NCBI RefSeq assembly: GCF_964204645.1
Contig: NC_134029.1
Span: forward strand, 2,542,001 to 2,606,000
Direction of reading: 5' to 3'
DNA: 64,000 nucleotides
Origin: Tubulanus polymorphus
Lineage: Eukaryota; Animalia; Nemertea
Part shown: positions 1 to 14,700 of the stretch, one piece after another
Layout: every line of letters begins with the position of its first letter
How positions within the stretch are numbered: the first letter of the stretch is position 1
Made by a program: the position numbers and the translations under genes
The notes under the pieces: model-generated
What the model saw: the letters and a program-made list of their open reading frames with translations, nothing else
Told to the model about the DNA's origin: nothing
Database searches by the model: none

Positions 1-1322
1 CTCTAGTTTGTTGAATCCCTTTCACCTTAAAAAAAAACAAGTGTGTTTTCAGACATTCCTCGAACATTAATGGACTCATCCATTCATTGCGTATGCATAA
101 GGAGGGCTGAGGCAATGTAACGACTACCGCCCTCCTATAGCCATGACAGCTGAGTTCCTAATTACCCCAGATCTAAACCAGATTTAACACTTCATTGTTA
201 TAGAATTAAAATTCCATGCAATTTACAAATATTTATTACTCATTATAATTATATTGAATAGAACAAAATCTTCATTATCAACTGCAAGCCGTTGTTTTAC
301 TGATTTGCTCTCGTTGTGTTTTGTAAAATTCGTTTCAACGAAATATTTCTATTCCGTTTATTGATTACTATGTGTTATATGCAAATTACGTATGTAAATT
401 ACGGTAGCTATATTACTTATCATTGTGATTACTATTGTTATTATTATTATTTGTAAAAGATCAATTAAATGATTTGTCATCAGCAGTTGGAATAGATTGA
501 GTTTCTCTTGATGAAATGTACATAGATTATTCAAAATTGTTCTTGAAACAAATATCAGCGATTTCACAAATTTTGATCTTGAAACTCTTGATACAATCAC
601 TAAGATAAACAGTGATGAGATTGAATTTCAATGCTGCATCATTTTTGACTGATATCCTCGTGTTAATAATATTTCTAGTCATATTTAGATTACGATAGAT
701 ATTAAGTAAAGTTAGTGTCATGTATGATTTGAAAAATCACTCTCAAGTTTAGTTTAGATTAGTTTAGTTTAGTGAGAAGGTTGAAATGTGTTCGACGTAA
801 GGGTTTAAATAGATGAACTGAATTTGTCATCGTTGAAATGAATGCGATTTTAAGAACAGCCGTGTACAGATTCGTTTTTCTTGAATATTCAGTGTTTTGT
901 TAAATACAGAATTAATAGTAAAATGTTGAAATAAGGAAGAGCTGTTGTTTAAAGTTAACTATAGTTATTTCAACACTTAAAGTAAACATTAAACATTGTA
1001 TACGTGCTGTTACTGGTCAGTCAAGAAATCTATTCTCTAATAATCAGATTATTCATTATTAGCATGAAGTTATTTTAGTAAAGTGCAGTGATTATGGTAT
1101 GTGTGTTGACAAATATGGTCGGTTGTACTACTCTATTTTAATAAGAATAATATGAACAAATTGTTGTACATTGCAATAGTAAAACCATATTGAATAACGA
1201 AGCTATCTGCGTTTTAAGTGGTCTTGTATTTAAGAAAAAATCACTATTTTGTTATGATCATACATCTGTATGTAATAATGAATATATTGTATATAATTTG
1301 CTTCAACAGTACTCCAATAACT

Positions 1323-1512
1323 GGAACAATACCCTGTAGTGAAACAGTACCCTAAAAACTGTGAAACAATACCCTGTAGTGAAACAGTACCCTAAAAACT
1401 GTGAAACAATACCCTGTAGTGAAACAGTACCATAAAAACTGTGAAACAATACCCTGTAGTGAAACAGTACCCTAAAAACTGTGAAACAATACCCTGTAGT
1501 GAAACAGTACCT
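1323..1512. repeat. 40-bp minisatellite, about 4.7 copies
   Basis: GTGAAACAATACCCTGTAGTGAAACAGTACCCTAAAAACT recurring at 1361, 1401, 1441, 1481. Confidence 0.95.
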
Positions 1513-3339
1513 AATAACTGTGGAACATAAGATTGTGTGGCTATCGGGCACTACAAAGAAACTTCACGAAGTCCAACAATTCGTACTGTTTACTATTTTC
1601 TTGCTATCAGATGAAGCCAGGTCCTAGTTCCGTAAAGGTCCAATCTTGAAGTTGTAATTTAGTCCCATTGCTATAATGAATGAGGCTTGTTATATTGAGA
1701 TATTACATTGTATCCACTGTATATTGATTATATTGTACGAGGTTTATATATAAACATACGTTATATATATATATATATAGATATATTTCAGTGTCTTAAT
1801 TTTGGCAGATTTCCTTTACTATGAATGATTCAATATGATGAGAAATCTTCTTGCTAGAATAGTATCATCGAGAAGTGTGTTGTGAATTCACTATACATTT
1901 ACATTTTACGCTTGATGTGTGCATCACTGAAAAATAGCCATTAAACCAAGATATTCATGTTAACTGATGGTAGGTGACTTATTCATTACAATTCCTATTG
2001 TTTCAAGATCATCGAACGCTGTCTACAATCTGCATGAACAAAGTATGAATTTGCATTAAAGACATAAACAAAACCAGTTGAAATTGTTTCCTTCCCGACC
2101 GAGACAGCAGAAATTAAACTTCAATCGGTCAACCATAAAATGTGCTCTTCAAAAAAAAGGTGTGACATACACATCTTTGATAAGCATTACGTAACAGTTG
2201 TACTTATCGTGAAGTATTCATCGGGTTATTAACCTTTTCATTCGTGTTCAGCTTTTTAAATCGGGTATTGTCGGCTTAATTAAAACTGATATCTGATAGT
2301 GAAATTAAACCACAGAATAATACTGACTAGTCTAATGAATGAATGATCCTGTCATGCGTTCAACTTAAATCGTTATTCTTCTATTGTAACGAACACTTTT
2401 TTCATTAGTAAATACATCGTTGTAAATATGATGATCATGAAATACAGATCATAATTTCGAGATCATTGAATCCGATAACCTGCATGCTAAGGATTGTAGG
2501 ATACCCTGGCATGCATTGGTGCAATTAATAAAGGTTGTAATATACGCTGCTACTGAATCAAATTTCCTGTGTTTTTGTTTTTTCATTCTGTATCGTGTCT
2601 GAGTATTGAAAGGAAATTTTCCAAGGATGTTTAAACCTAGAAAAAGGGCAATTTCGCACATGGATAAGACAGCAAGTAAATTTTATCTCCAAATGGTTCA
2701 CTGATACGTACACGGCTGCTAAAAAGTTAAAACCGGTATACACAAAACTAGCCTCAGTATTATAACATTTTGAATAAATGAGACAATCAAGCAATTCCTA
2801 TAACAGCTCAGAATGCATGAAAAATTAGAAATTCCTTGAGGCCATCACCAGTAGAGCACCTCCCCTTGAAAATCGTGGAATCCACCCCCCTCTGACCTGT
2901 CAGCCAGATGCACTTTTTGTTTAGGACTGCACGTGTTAGCGCTTCAAGCTGAAGTTTGTAACAGATCTGCCATCGCACTCGAGGTGTCGTGACATCTCAT
3001 GCACAATCTTTGGAGATTAGAGTCAAGTATTGTCTGTACCTGGCTAATTAAGTTAATAAAGAAACTCCACTCCGCACCCTTATTGCTGATCGACCCCATA
3101 TACAGATGTTTCCTTCTATTGCGCGTCGAATTGTCAAAGAATCCGGCGCTAGTCCCTTAATGTTTGTGGGACGGAGCGTATTATATCACTTCGACAAAGA
3201 TATTGTGCTTAATCCAATCTGGAGCATTAACATGTTGATTAATTATTGGGTTCGAACCCAAGCTTAAAACATTCTTACTGTGGCATGCGAGTTACAAAGA
3301 ATACCCTGGGAAGCGAGGTTCTACTACTCGTTTACTACG

Positions 3340-3629
3340 ATGGGCGGGGCTTATTCATTCATTACTTTGTCAAGCAAATCATTCCGCCATTCGTAACTTT
3401 CCCAGCAGCTATTTTGACGTGATTTTGAATTTCTAAACGATTATCCTCTCGAAATAAGCCGAAATATTAAAGATTTATGCTTTAATTAAGTGAATGTAGT
3501 AAATCAATGCAATTTGAGATATTTTCGGGGCTGATATTTAAGATACTATTTGTTGTAGGCGGATAGTGATATCGGTGTGATTGGTATCAGCGGGTATGGG
3601 GTATTCATTCCAGTGCGGGACTCTCAGCT
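3340..3629 (+). promoter_or_regulatory. Candidate promoter and non-coding first exon of the Fat gene
   Basis: CCAAT at about 3214, GC box GGGCGGGG 3342-3349, Inr-like TCATTC at about 3355 and 3379, consensus donor CT|GTGAGT at 3630; coding exon 1 begins at an acceptor (5314), so an upstream UTR exon is required. Confidence 0.35.
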
Positions 3630-5319
3630 GTGAGTATCGTGTTTTGCTGGATTATTATGGAGCTGTCACGGATATACATGGATTATAAACACAACCTCAA
3701 ACGATTGGTAAAACGAAATATTTCACAATTCGCATTTTATTTCTGTTTCAGAGTGAACTTTTCATGTTTAAAATTGTTAAACGCCACGCACCTCTTCGGC
3801 GTCAAACTTTTTGTTTGAACTGATAAAGAAAAAAGTTTATAGTCTGTGTTTTTACTGTTTAGCTGTAAAGGCCAAGAGTTGTTTCTCAATCTGTACTGTT
3901 CCAATAGTCTGTTTAGTAAGTTTCCTGTGATTTTAAGTACGCCCAAATGAAATACTTACATAGCCTGTGTGTTGGGCCTTTTATTAAAAGTTTATCCAGG
4001 GCCTTCTGGCTTCTAATCTATTGCTTTGTCATTCACTTCTTTATTGAAAATTTGGCCAAGTTTATCGCAGTCTGGATAACAGTTTATCCTGACTGTTTTA
4101 AGGGTATCGGTTCATCCGCCCTGCTCTAGCAGAACAATGATGGTGTCCGGGATCGATTAATAGACTAAGTTAGGCAAAGTCGGACGGCCCAACTTTGCAG
4201 GTCAGAGAATCAGGAGGCCTATTGCGCAATTTTGTCAACAACTACAACTGCTTCATTCGTCGAGATAATCGCGCATCATTTTAAAGTTCTCGCTTTTAAC
4301 AGATTAAAAGATTAAGATTCAATAAAGTTTGAATAACAATTTTTATGAGGAGGATTTTCATCGGAACAATGGGTGTTAGGCCTGCTGTTTATTGAAACAA
4401 ATTTCCACAATAATGACGAGTAATTACTATAAAACTATGTCATCCCGAGGAGTCACATCACAATGATTAATTATTAATGTTGTCTGTATTCAGAGGTTTT
4501 TTGATGGTAATTTACTCGGGGTTCAAATTCTATGTTTGTTACACAGTAATTTTCTTGTCAGAGAAAAATTCAGTGATAAAAGCCACTTAATCATTTCACT
4601 ATTAGCGGAAATAATTTAATGCAAAATTTGATGTATTGTATTAATATATACATATGCAACAATTAGTGCATTTTTGGTGCAATTTTATTTGCTCAGTATC
4701 AGATAAAACGTCTACATTGAGCATGATTCATGTAATTCTAGTAGGACAGTTGCCGATTTAAGTAATTTAGTGACTTTTAAAGCTTTACTGTTTAAAGCTG
4801 AAACATGTTCACTGGATGAAGGCATATGATCCAATAATTCAATGCAGTAGTAAAAGGATTTGTAGTACTGAAAAGTGCCTACTTTTAGAAAGAAATTAGT
4901 AAAAGTTAAGTGCTTACTTTTTAGGATTAATCCTGTAAGTGCTGAAAAGTGATTTTTTTTGTCCTCATGGGATATTTCTGCTGATGAATTAGAATCAAAA
5001 TTGGTCGTTTTTTAACTTAAAAGAATTTCAAAATTTATTGCAAATTAGTTTTTTTTCATATTGTTGCTTTATCATTGATTTAGAAAAAAGTCAGGAACTC
5101 GTCTTTGCCAGAAAAAAGTCCCGACATTTGAATCTTTAAAGGTGCTGACTTTTGCCTCAGCCAAACTGCTAGGCTACGAACTGAAAAATGACAATGATTG
5201 AATCCTGGGCACCAAATGAGCTGGGCCTTTGTCAACTGTAGAATGGGACCCTGAACCCAAAGTCTATCTACTACGTGATACCGTAGCTCTAAATTGATTA
5301 TGTTCTTATTACAGAAATA

Positions 5320-8300
5320 ATGAAATGGAACGATAAGAAATCAGTGAGAATGGATCGTGTTTTTAGGAGTGGTTTGATCATTCTCTGTATCGGCTTCCGA
5401 ATAGCGAATGCCTTCCAGCCGAGTCCCGGAGCGATCCCTCCGACTGTCTCCAGCGACAACTTTAAATTCACCGCCGATGAATACGACGTTTCGATCCACG
5501 AGAACACGATCGGTAAAGTGTTCGCTCGTCCGGTCGTGATCAGGATGGGTATCCGCGTACTGGATCCGGCGCTCGGTATCAGATACCGTATCGTAGAAGG
5601 CGACAGAACGAATTTCTTCAAAGCCGAATCTTTGACCGTCGGAGATTTCTGTTTTCTGTTGATTCGGACTCGTACGAATGCTCCGGGAGTTTTAAACCGC
5701 GAGATGAAACGCGGGTTTTACCTGACAGTGCGGGCGATCGGTAAATACCCGCTCGGTGAAACGTTCACCGCCGATACGAGCGTCAAGGTGAAGGTCGTCG
5801 ATAGGAACGATCTGGCTCCGTTATTTTACCCGATGTCGTACCGGTTCGAGATCGGAGAGGATACTGCGTTATTCTCGACGATCGGTCGCGTCATCGCCTC
5901 CGACGCCGACGAAGGAATCAACGGCGATCTTTATTACCGATTCGTTCAGAAGACGCGTACGTTCGCGGTTCATCCGACGAGCGGAGTGATCACGCTGACT
6001 CGGAGACTCGTTTACTCCGAGCAGAATACGTACGAGTTCGACGTGCTGGCGACCGACCGCGGTCCGAAATATCGATCGTCGTTCTCCGCTCGTCGCAGCA
6101 TGGGTCGAGTCGTCATCCGCGTCGTACAGAAAAACCTGCACGCTCCGAGAATCGACGTTAAAAACCTGCCGATAGTGAACGACGAGGTTTCAGTTGGTAC
6201 GATCTACGCCGTGTTGACCGTCTCCGATAGAGACACCGGTCAAAACGGTCAAATCGGTCAAGTGAACATCGTCAACGGTGATCCTGACGAACGGTTCAAA
6301 CTCGTTCAGAAAACGAAGGCAGACGCCGCGACGACGACGGCAGAATATAACATCGAAATCTCGAAACCGTTAAAGCGAGACGTGATCCCGGCATATAATT
6401 TAACGATTCAAGCGATTGATCGAGGGATGCCACCGCGCATGTCGGTCGTCATCGTTACGGTCAAAATACGAGACTCGAGACAAATCATCGCCGAATTCAC
6501 GACCGAATACACGCTGGACGTCGTAGAGAACACGCCGGTTTACAGTCCGCTGCTGTTCGTACGAGCCGACGATCGCGATAGTAACCTAAAAACACGGTTC
6601 ATCGAGTACGCCATCGAACGCAGTAACGAACTCGATAAATGGTTTAAAGTGAATTCGCGGACCGGACTGATCTCGGTGGCGAGGCCGCTCGATTACGAGG
6701 AGGCGAGTCGCGTGATTCTGATCGTGACGGCTCGCGATGTCAGGAATTTAAACTCTCCGCCGGTCACGCGAACGAAGGTCACGTTTAATATCGTCGATTT
6801 TAACGATAATTCACCGGTTTTCAGCGATGACTCGTCGGATCGTACGGTTTGGATCGAGGAGAATCAACCAATCGGCACGCTCGTTTATCAGGTCTCCGCG
6901 AGTGACGCCGATACCGCGGATAACGGCTACGTCACGTACAGCATCCCGGACTCGGACTCTGCACCGTTTGAAATCGACTATTTCTCCGGGAAGATCACGA
7001 CGAAAAAAGTCCTCGATTTCGAAACGATGCGACGTCGTTATAAACTGCGGATCCGCGCGTCGGACTGGGGAACTCCGTTCCGTCGAGAATCCGAAATCTC
7101 TTTGACGATCGGCGTAAAAGATTTGAACGAAAATAAACCGAAGTTCGAAAAGGTCGATTGTAAAGGTTTCGTATCGCGTGAAGCCGATGTCGGAACCGAA
7201 TTAGTCGTTTTATCGGCGCTCGATTTCGATTCGGGGAATATCATCAGTTACCGGATGTTGTCGGGTAACGATGATTCGTGTTTCTCGCTGGTTTCATCGA
7301 CCGGTGTTTTATCTCTCAGCCGCGACTTACGCGAAATCGATAAGAATTTCTTCAGCTTGAAAATCACGGCGTCCGACGGGACGAATCTCGCCGACCCGGT
7401 TACCGTAAATACGACCGTCGTCGCCGGTAACAATCGCAACAATCAACTGAACGGCGGTAATACCAACGAAGCGTCGACCTTCACGTGTCGCGATAGCGGA
7501 GTTCTCTCCGAACTCGGCGAACTCATCCGTCAGTCGCAAGCCGCGAACGACGACCTCGAAACAGACGACGAAACGATGAATTACGAACATTCCCAGAATT
7601 ACAACTCGCCGAAGTTCGATTCTAATTTACCGCCAGTTGTCAGCGTCGATGAGAATAAACCGGTCGCGTCGACGATTATTAAAATGGCCGCCACCGACGC
7701 GGATGAAGGTTTTAACGGCAAGTTACAGTTCGTCATCTCGGGCGGAAATAACGATAGCTGTTTTACGATCGACACCGATTCGGGGGAAGTGAAGATATTG
7801 TCTCCTCTCGACCGTGAAACCACCGATTATTACGCGTTGAGTATCTCTGTCTCCGATCTCGGACGTCCGAGTTTAACGTCTGTTCGTTCTCTCGGGGTAA
7901 AGATAAACGACGTAAACGACCGCCCGCCGGTATTCACGATGAACGCTTACGAAGCGGAGATTTCGGAGAGCGCCGCGCCCGGATTCACGGTCGTACGCGT
8001 GACCGCCGAAGATTCGGACCTCGGCGAAAACGCTCGCGTTTCGTATACGTTGGTTTCGGACGAACCGGCGTTTAGTGTAGAGTCGGAGACCGGTATCATC
8101 CGAGTAAACGACGTCCTCGACCGCGAGAAACAATCCGTTTACGAGTTACACGTTCGAGCAGTCGATCACGCTCCGTCGAATCCGTTATCGTCGACGGCGA
8201 CCGTCGTCGTTCGGTTGACAGACGTCAACGATAACCCACCTCGCTGTCAGCCGGAGCAGACGATCGTTAAAGCTCGCGAGGATTTACCGATCGGCGCCGT

Positions 8301-8728
8301 CGTTTCCGTGTTGAGAGCTCAAGATCCCGATCTCGAAGACGGAGGGTTAATCACGTTCAAATTTCAAACCGGTCACCGAGACAAATTCGAAATTGATCGC
8401 AAAACAGGCGTCGTTCGTGTCGCCGACGAGCTCGATTATGAGTCCGACCAGCGTTTTAATATAACCGTACGAGTCCGCGATAAAGGCCGACCGTCTCTGG
8501 CGTCGTGGTGTCGACTGATCGTGGAAGTCGTCGACGTCGACGAGAATCTGCAGACTCCGATGTTTTCGCGATTCGTTTTGCGAGGTTCGGTTAAAGAGAA
8601 TCTACCGATCGGAAGCAGCGTGATGAGTTTGAAAGCGAAAGATGACGATCGGGCGTTGATCGATCGTACGATATCTTACTCAATAGAGGGCGGCACCGGT
8701 CTCGGTCGATTCACTATCGATGAATCAG
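5320..8728 (+). CDS. FAT1: Fat coding exon 1 (signal peptide plus first cadherin repeats); acceptor at 5314
   Basis: 1138-aa ORF full of cadherin motifs; ttacag|AAATAATG start; TCAG|gtatgt donor, phase 1. Confidence 0.95.
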
Positions 8729-11700
8729 GTATGTAGGATTCCCCGTTACTGATTCCGGGGTTTGTACAGATCGGGGAACATTTGATGAATTTTTGGTGAT
8801 TCGTTGTTTTTGCTGGTGACGAGTGACATAAAGAACCTCTCGAGAAGAAATGGTCCTCACTGAGTCCTATGTAAATCGGGGAATACTTTATCGAGGATCA
8901 GTTCAATATCTATAAGAACCCTGTGATTCAATAAGAGGCCAAATTAAGATATATTTTGTTGAATTTTAGATTAAAACTGTTGCCTCTCTAGTGAATGATT
9001 CCACGTGGATCGATGTGGACTGTGTTAAAGTACCCACGAACTGAATTCAATAGTTTTCCAAAAAACCCTCCTGACTAATGCTTTTGAAGAACTCCCGGAC
9101 ATTTTCTCTATTCAGATTTTTTTGTGAATGGATACATTTAACTAGCGTGTCTCTGTCTGCGGTTTCTCAAGGGTTTGAAACGCGCTCATAAAATATCAGA
9201 AAGAGAGAGATAACCGGTCATGTATTGAAGTTCAGTTTAGTGTGGGCTGGTTGTGTGGGCCTTGTATTACTATTCATATAAGGTCACACAATGATTGAGT
9301 TGAGTCTTGTTTTGATTTTGTTTAGTATTAATAGGATTGGTGTATTATGGATATACGCTGAACATGATTTTGTCTTTAAGAAGTTTCTCTTGATCTTTAT
9401 CCCCGCAATACATTACGGTGAAGTGTTAGCATTGAAAGACACTCTCACAATATACAATACAAAACCAACCTTAGTACGATGTATGAAGTGATACAGTTGT
9501 TTATGGGTCTCCTACGTATGGTAGGCAGGTCTGAACTGTTTCCCCTAAGCTATTTCCACTGTGTATTTGACTTTACGAGTCCTTTTTACAAAAAAAAAAA
9601 CTGAGTTTGCCGTTCAGTGTTTCATCTCAAATAGAATCGGAGAGAACATTCAATGTAGCTCGGCGATAGTTATTTTCATTCTATACTCTACCACTCTGAT
9701 AAATGAGCGATAAATAGGTAGATAAATGCATATAATCAGACCATAAAGTATTATAGTAAAATACCTTTCTCGGCAGCACAGAGAGGAGAGTAGAGATAGT
9801 GTTATATCAGCAGTAAGTGGAGTTTAAAAGAGTTTCAGTCTAAGAATGTGTAACACAGAGACATGCAACAACTCGTATATCCACGAATAGACATGTATTT
9901 TACCACTGAGATACATACTGTACTGAACGCTATGATCTAACGAAGGAGGGCAGATCTCAGGGGGGGGGGGTATTTCTGAGGGATTCCTGCCATCTCATCG
10001 ATGTTGTCACCCTTTTTGTCAAGAGAGAGATCGTTAAAACTTGAACGTTTGATAAACATTTCTTATACCCGCTAGGGAGGAACCGCGGTTGTGGTTTTCA
10101 GCGTGGTCGCTATCTGAGAAATGCCCTTCCTTTTTTCGGACCCCGCCTTCCAATTTTCGTAGATGTGTCCCTGATTTCTGTACTCGTCGATATGATTCCT
10201 GTTTATTATCTGTTAATGCTCCACCTTGCCCTAAGGGAACTGTGTAATTATAACGTGATCCCCTCTGATCCGTTATTTAGAAAATAAAAGTTTTTATATC
10301 GTCGTTTTTTTTTCCAGGTGTCGTAAAGACGGCCGTCGTTCTGGACCGGGAATCGACCCCGTTTTACTGGATAACGGTTTACGCTACGGACCACGGCGCG
10401 GTGCCGCGGTCCTCGTACGCCGAGGTTTATATCGAGATTATCGATGTAAATGATAATATCCCCCAGGCCGAGGAACCGGTGTATTACCCGTCGGTTTATG
10501 AGAACAGTAAACCGGGCACGACCGTCATTCAGATTCAAGGTTACGACCTCGATGACAATCAGAAACAAAAACTGACGTATAGAATCACAGGCGGAGACCC
10601 TCAGAGTCTGTTCCAAATTAACCAGTATACAGGTAAGTCTGGCTGGTCAGTCATGGCATTTCTCTTCATCTTAATTCAAACCCTGGCCTCATCTGGGCGT
10701 AGTCAAGTGACTATTTAGTAGAAGAAAGATCCACCAGTATGATGATAAACTATGAGAGTACTGAAGTTTCCCTCGTTTCTATCCGCCAGTTTCAAAAGCT
10801 TGGAAAAGTCAATTCTCACTTAGTTTTTTCATCATGATTGTGTGTTTTTCGTCAATGGTTAATCCATTGTCAACTCCCTACAGACCTCGTATGGCGCAGA
10901 ATTCAATGTTACAAAAATCCATTTATTTGATTGGCCTCTCTCTCTCTCTCTCTCTCTCTCCTGCACTGCACATATTCCTGTCTGTAAATTTCATAAATGT
11001 GAAATAGTTCAGTCAATATTTATCGTGTACTGTAAATATAACAGTTCCCAGTTGTGTATAACATTCAACGGTCCAAGGCGAACTCTATCACAATATGTGA
11101 TGCGCTTTTCAACTTGAAACAAAGCGTCTATTAAAATATTTTTCTTTTCCGGGGTAATGTTGCCTGTAGTTGTCTGACTATAGGTAATGAACCTTGATGA
11201 ATAAAAATATTGTAGCTACTGCTGCTGCCTGTGTGTGTGATAAATATATAAGTGAGTGAATGACTTACAGCTGTTTGGAACTGCACCTCCCCCAAGAGCT
11301 CTGTGCACATGTTCATCTGTGCTATGTACAGTATCATACACTGTTCACAGGCAGTTTTTAATGAAAAGATACTTCAATCATCATCAATACCAATTATATA
11401 TTACATCCACCTTAAACTACTGCATCTTTGGGGATCGGTGAAAAAATTAGATCATAAAGTGAGAACATTCCATTATACCTCACTGATTATTTGATATCAG
11501 GAACCGAATGATTTAAACAGAGTTTTGTTGGTGATGATTGATATATTTAAGAGTTGTTGTGGAATATTCTAGATACAGGTTGAGGTGTGTGGGGTGGAGT
11601 AGTCGTATAGTTATGATTTTGAGGTTGGATTTCTATTGTATCTCTGCGTTTTATGGATGATGCTCTGGTTATTGATCCGTACATGAACTAGAGCGATCGT

Positions 11701-14700
11701 GGTTAACGCCAGTTGTTCATCCACTCATCGATTGAAATGTAAAAGTTTTACCAGTTGCTAAAACTTGAAATAATGATTTAAATGAAGTATCTATGGCTAT
11801 AAAGTGTTATTATATACAATACAAGCCGTGTACCCCCTCCCCCCCCCCCCCCCGCTACATACCGTCTGGAAAGTTTCCATGAGCTGAGGAGTTTATTTTT
11901 GACATTTTGACTCTTATCCTAATCATCTTCAGGAATACTATACAATCCACAACAAAGACACTAGTTTATAATGTGTATATAGTGTTTAATTGAGTGTTTC
12001 CAGCCGGATTTTTTTACTATAAACCGGACTTGCCTCGAGGTTCATGATTTAAACCACAGCGTGGGTCCGATCGGAACCTATTTACCGATGGAGATTAGTT
12101 TGAAATCTCAGACAATCGTTTCGCTATTTCTGTCTCAGACTGTATTATACACCTTTAATAGAGGTTTTATTGTGAATTGTGTTTGTAAAAAAATGTCACC
12201 GCGAGGCCACGGCTTTTTACTCCATTGACACCCCCTTTACTAGACTAAATAATAGTTTGTCGTCAAACAGCAAATATTCAGTTGCTATTAAAGAATCTTT
12301 TCTGACTCATCGCTTCGAGGTATAGATGCATATATAAGGCTGATATTGAAAATCCGACATATTGCTACAGGCTGAGTGATGCCCCCTCAAAAATGCTTCT
12401 AAACTCTACTTCCATGAAGTGGAAATACAAGAAAATTGTCGTATGGATTATAGGAACTAGATTTGCCTCAGAAGGACATCGATATATCGAATGCAAGGGG
12501 CGATGTGTTAGCAATCATTTATGTAGTTAATTCAACATTCATTTGAAAGACATTAGTCATAATTCAAGATATCTGATATTGTGTCAATATATTACTCGTG
12601 GTCAATGGTACAGATAAATAAACAAATCCCTGGAATTCCTCAGTTGTATACATTGTGAGAGTATTTCTAAGATATAGGGCCTATAGCACTAGTCTAGTAG
12701 GCCATACCATATCAAAAAGCCGAGAAAATTGAATGCTATTTGTAACGAGAATATGAGAAAAGGGTCATTTATCATCAATTTAACTGAAATCGTCCCTCAT
12801 AATTTAGACCACCCACTAGTAATATCTCCATTCACTTGACCACCCCATAAAAGCTATAATTTTCGACTAGAATCGAATACCTATTTTTAAATGTGAAGAG
12901 CTATGTGAAGAGAGGACAGGTGGGAAAAATATCTCAATACAAATAAATATATGATCAATTACAAGTGACAGTTATTTTTGAAGATCGGAATTTCGGGCCG
13001 TGAACCGAAATAAGACGAAATTCCAACCGAGCGGAAAATCGATCATAAATGTTTAGTTTTGTCGTTTAACACTTCAGCTATTCATGAAATATGCATTCGC
13101 AAAATATAAATGCTTTTCTTTTATTTAGAATATTATAAACATAGAATTTATACAATCATCAAACGTGTGTCTTTATTTTGTGTATATATGAATGCGGCAC
13201 ACTCAGTACCTCATTCAGAGCCTCACTCAGAACCTCGCTCACTCGCTCGCGGCCGTCTTCAACGAGTTATATGAAAAAACTTTCAGGAATGTCGTCAATA
13301 TTGAATGAATGGTGCTCGAAGTTGAATGAATTGAAAAAATTTCTGAATTTCTGAATGATTCGTTGATTGAACCATGGATTCGTTTTAGAGTCCATGATTG
13401 AACGTCGAACGTCATCGTCGTCAGTGTTTTGTTGGCAGACGTATTTTTCATGTTGCGTTCACGTGAATTATTGAGCAATAAAAAGATAAACTAATAAAAA
13501 TGTCATTATTTCTTTGCAAAGAATTTTTCTGTATGTAGTTCAAGTTATACCCAGCGCTGCAGTATTCTTCTAGGTTTCAAATATTATACCGACTTACCCC
13601 TGTCTTAAATAAAAAGGACAGCTATAAGTCCGAAATGGATTCAGTATTTCTGACATGACTATTGGGATATAGTGAAAGCGTTGAATAAACCACTTGCTCA
13701 TAATGTGAATATTTCAGTAATGTCCATACGATAAATGTTTTTCAGCTATTTATAATACTGTCACCAATTAAGGGACATTTATATTATTATCACCTAAACT
13801 ATGCATGTACACGCACTCATTAGCACTCGCTGACCCTGGTGCGTTTTGACCCCTGAGTCTATAAACACTGAGACATCAGCTGGTCAGTTTGTCTGCACTA
13901 TTGACCAGTAGGTCACTCATATGGTTAGAAATAGTGACATTTTATCTTCATTTCCAAACTGGATTGAGTGGTCAGCAGGCTGATTAGATCACATGTTTGC
14001 ATTATCTGTATAGAGTTGTGACTGGGCATAGTGCAAATATTATGAATACTATGTGGGAGTGAATTTCACTATCTACTGATAAAACCCACGCTGCTATTGC
14101 GTATCATCACATGAGTGTTAATTTTTCACTGAAATTTGACACTTTTCAATGGAACCTTAAAAAGATCTATTCACTTTATCTAGACCCTCAGAGCCACCAC
14201 TACATTTATGCAAAATCAAATATGAACTCAAGAATCTATATTTTTTTTTATTTATATAAATGGAACAACGAGTATTGTCTTGTACCGTCTGTCTTTCTTA
14301 TACCCTTCCTTAATAGTCTCGCTTGTTGATAAAGGTTTTTTAAAGAACTGCAATTTATATATGGTGATGTTTTGATCAAAGTCCATTTTACACAATAATA
14401 TTTACAAATTTGTTCAAAGTAAGTTTATCAACTTTACCTCATACACACATACGCGAATGCTTTTAACACATTTACTATAATAATTTCTTTTATCACATAT
14501 AAATAATGGTTGCTATAGAAATAAGAAGGTATAAAGTAATCTAATAAAAGCGAGAAATGGAAAATAAAGTCGCATGAAGACTATGAATTATTGTTGTCTT
14601 TTATGTTCGCATCATTGAAATGTGTGTTGGTGTTGTTAGACTGTTAGCGTGTTACTGTCAGTTCTCAGACTCCTCAGACTCTAACCCCTAGTATATATCA

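Noticed and set aside
1303-1551. 82-aa minus-strand ORF with repeated GYCFT
   Set aside because: Translation of the 40-bp minisatellite.
5298-8133. Several antisense and off-frame ORFs over Fat exon 1 (similar ones over other long exons)
   Set aside because: Shadows of GC/CpG-rich coding sequence with no recognisable domain.
13200-13480. CpG-richer patch with repeated CTCA(C/T)TCAG words, considered as an internal promoter or alternative first exon
   Set aside because: No in-phase ATG-to-donor path to exon 3 that I could support.
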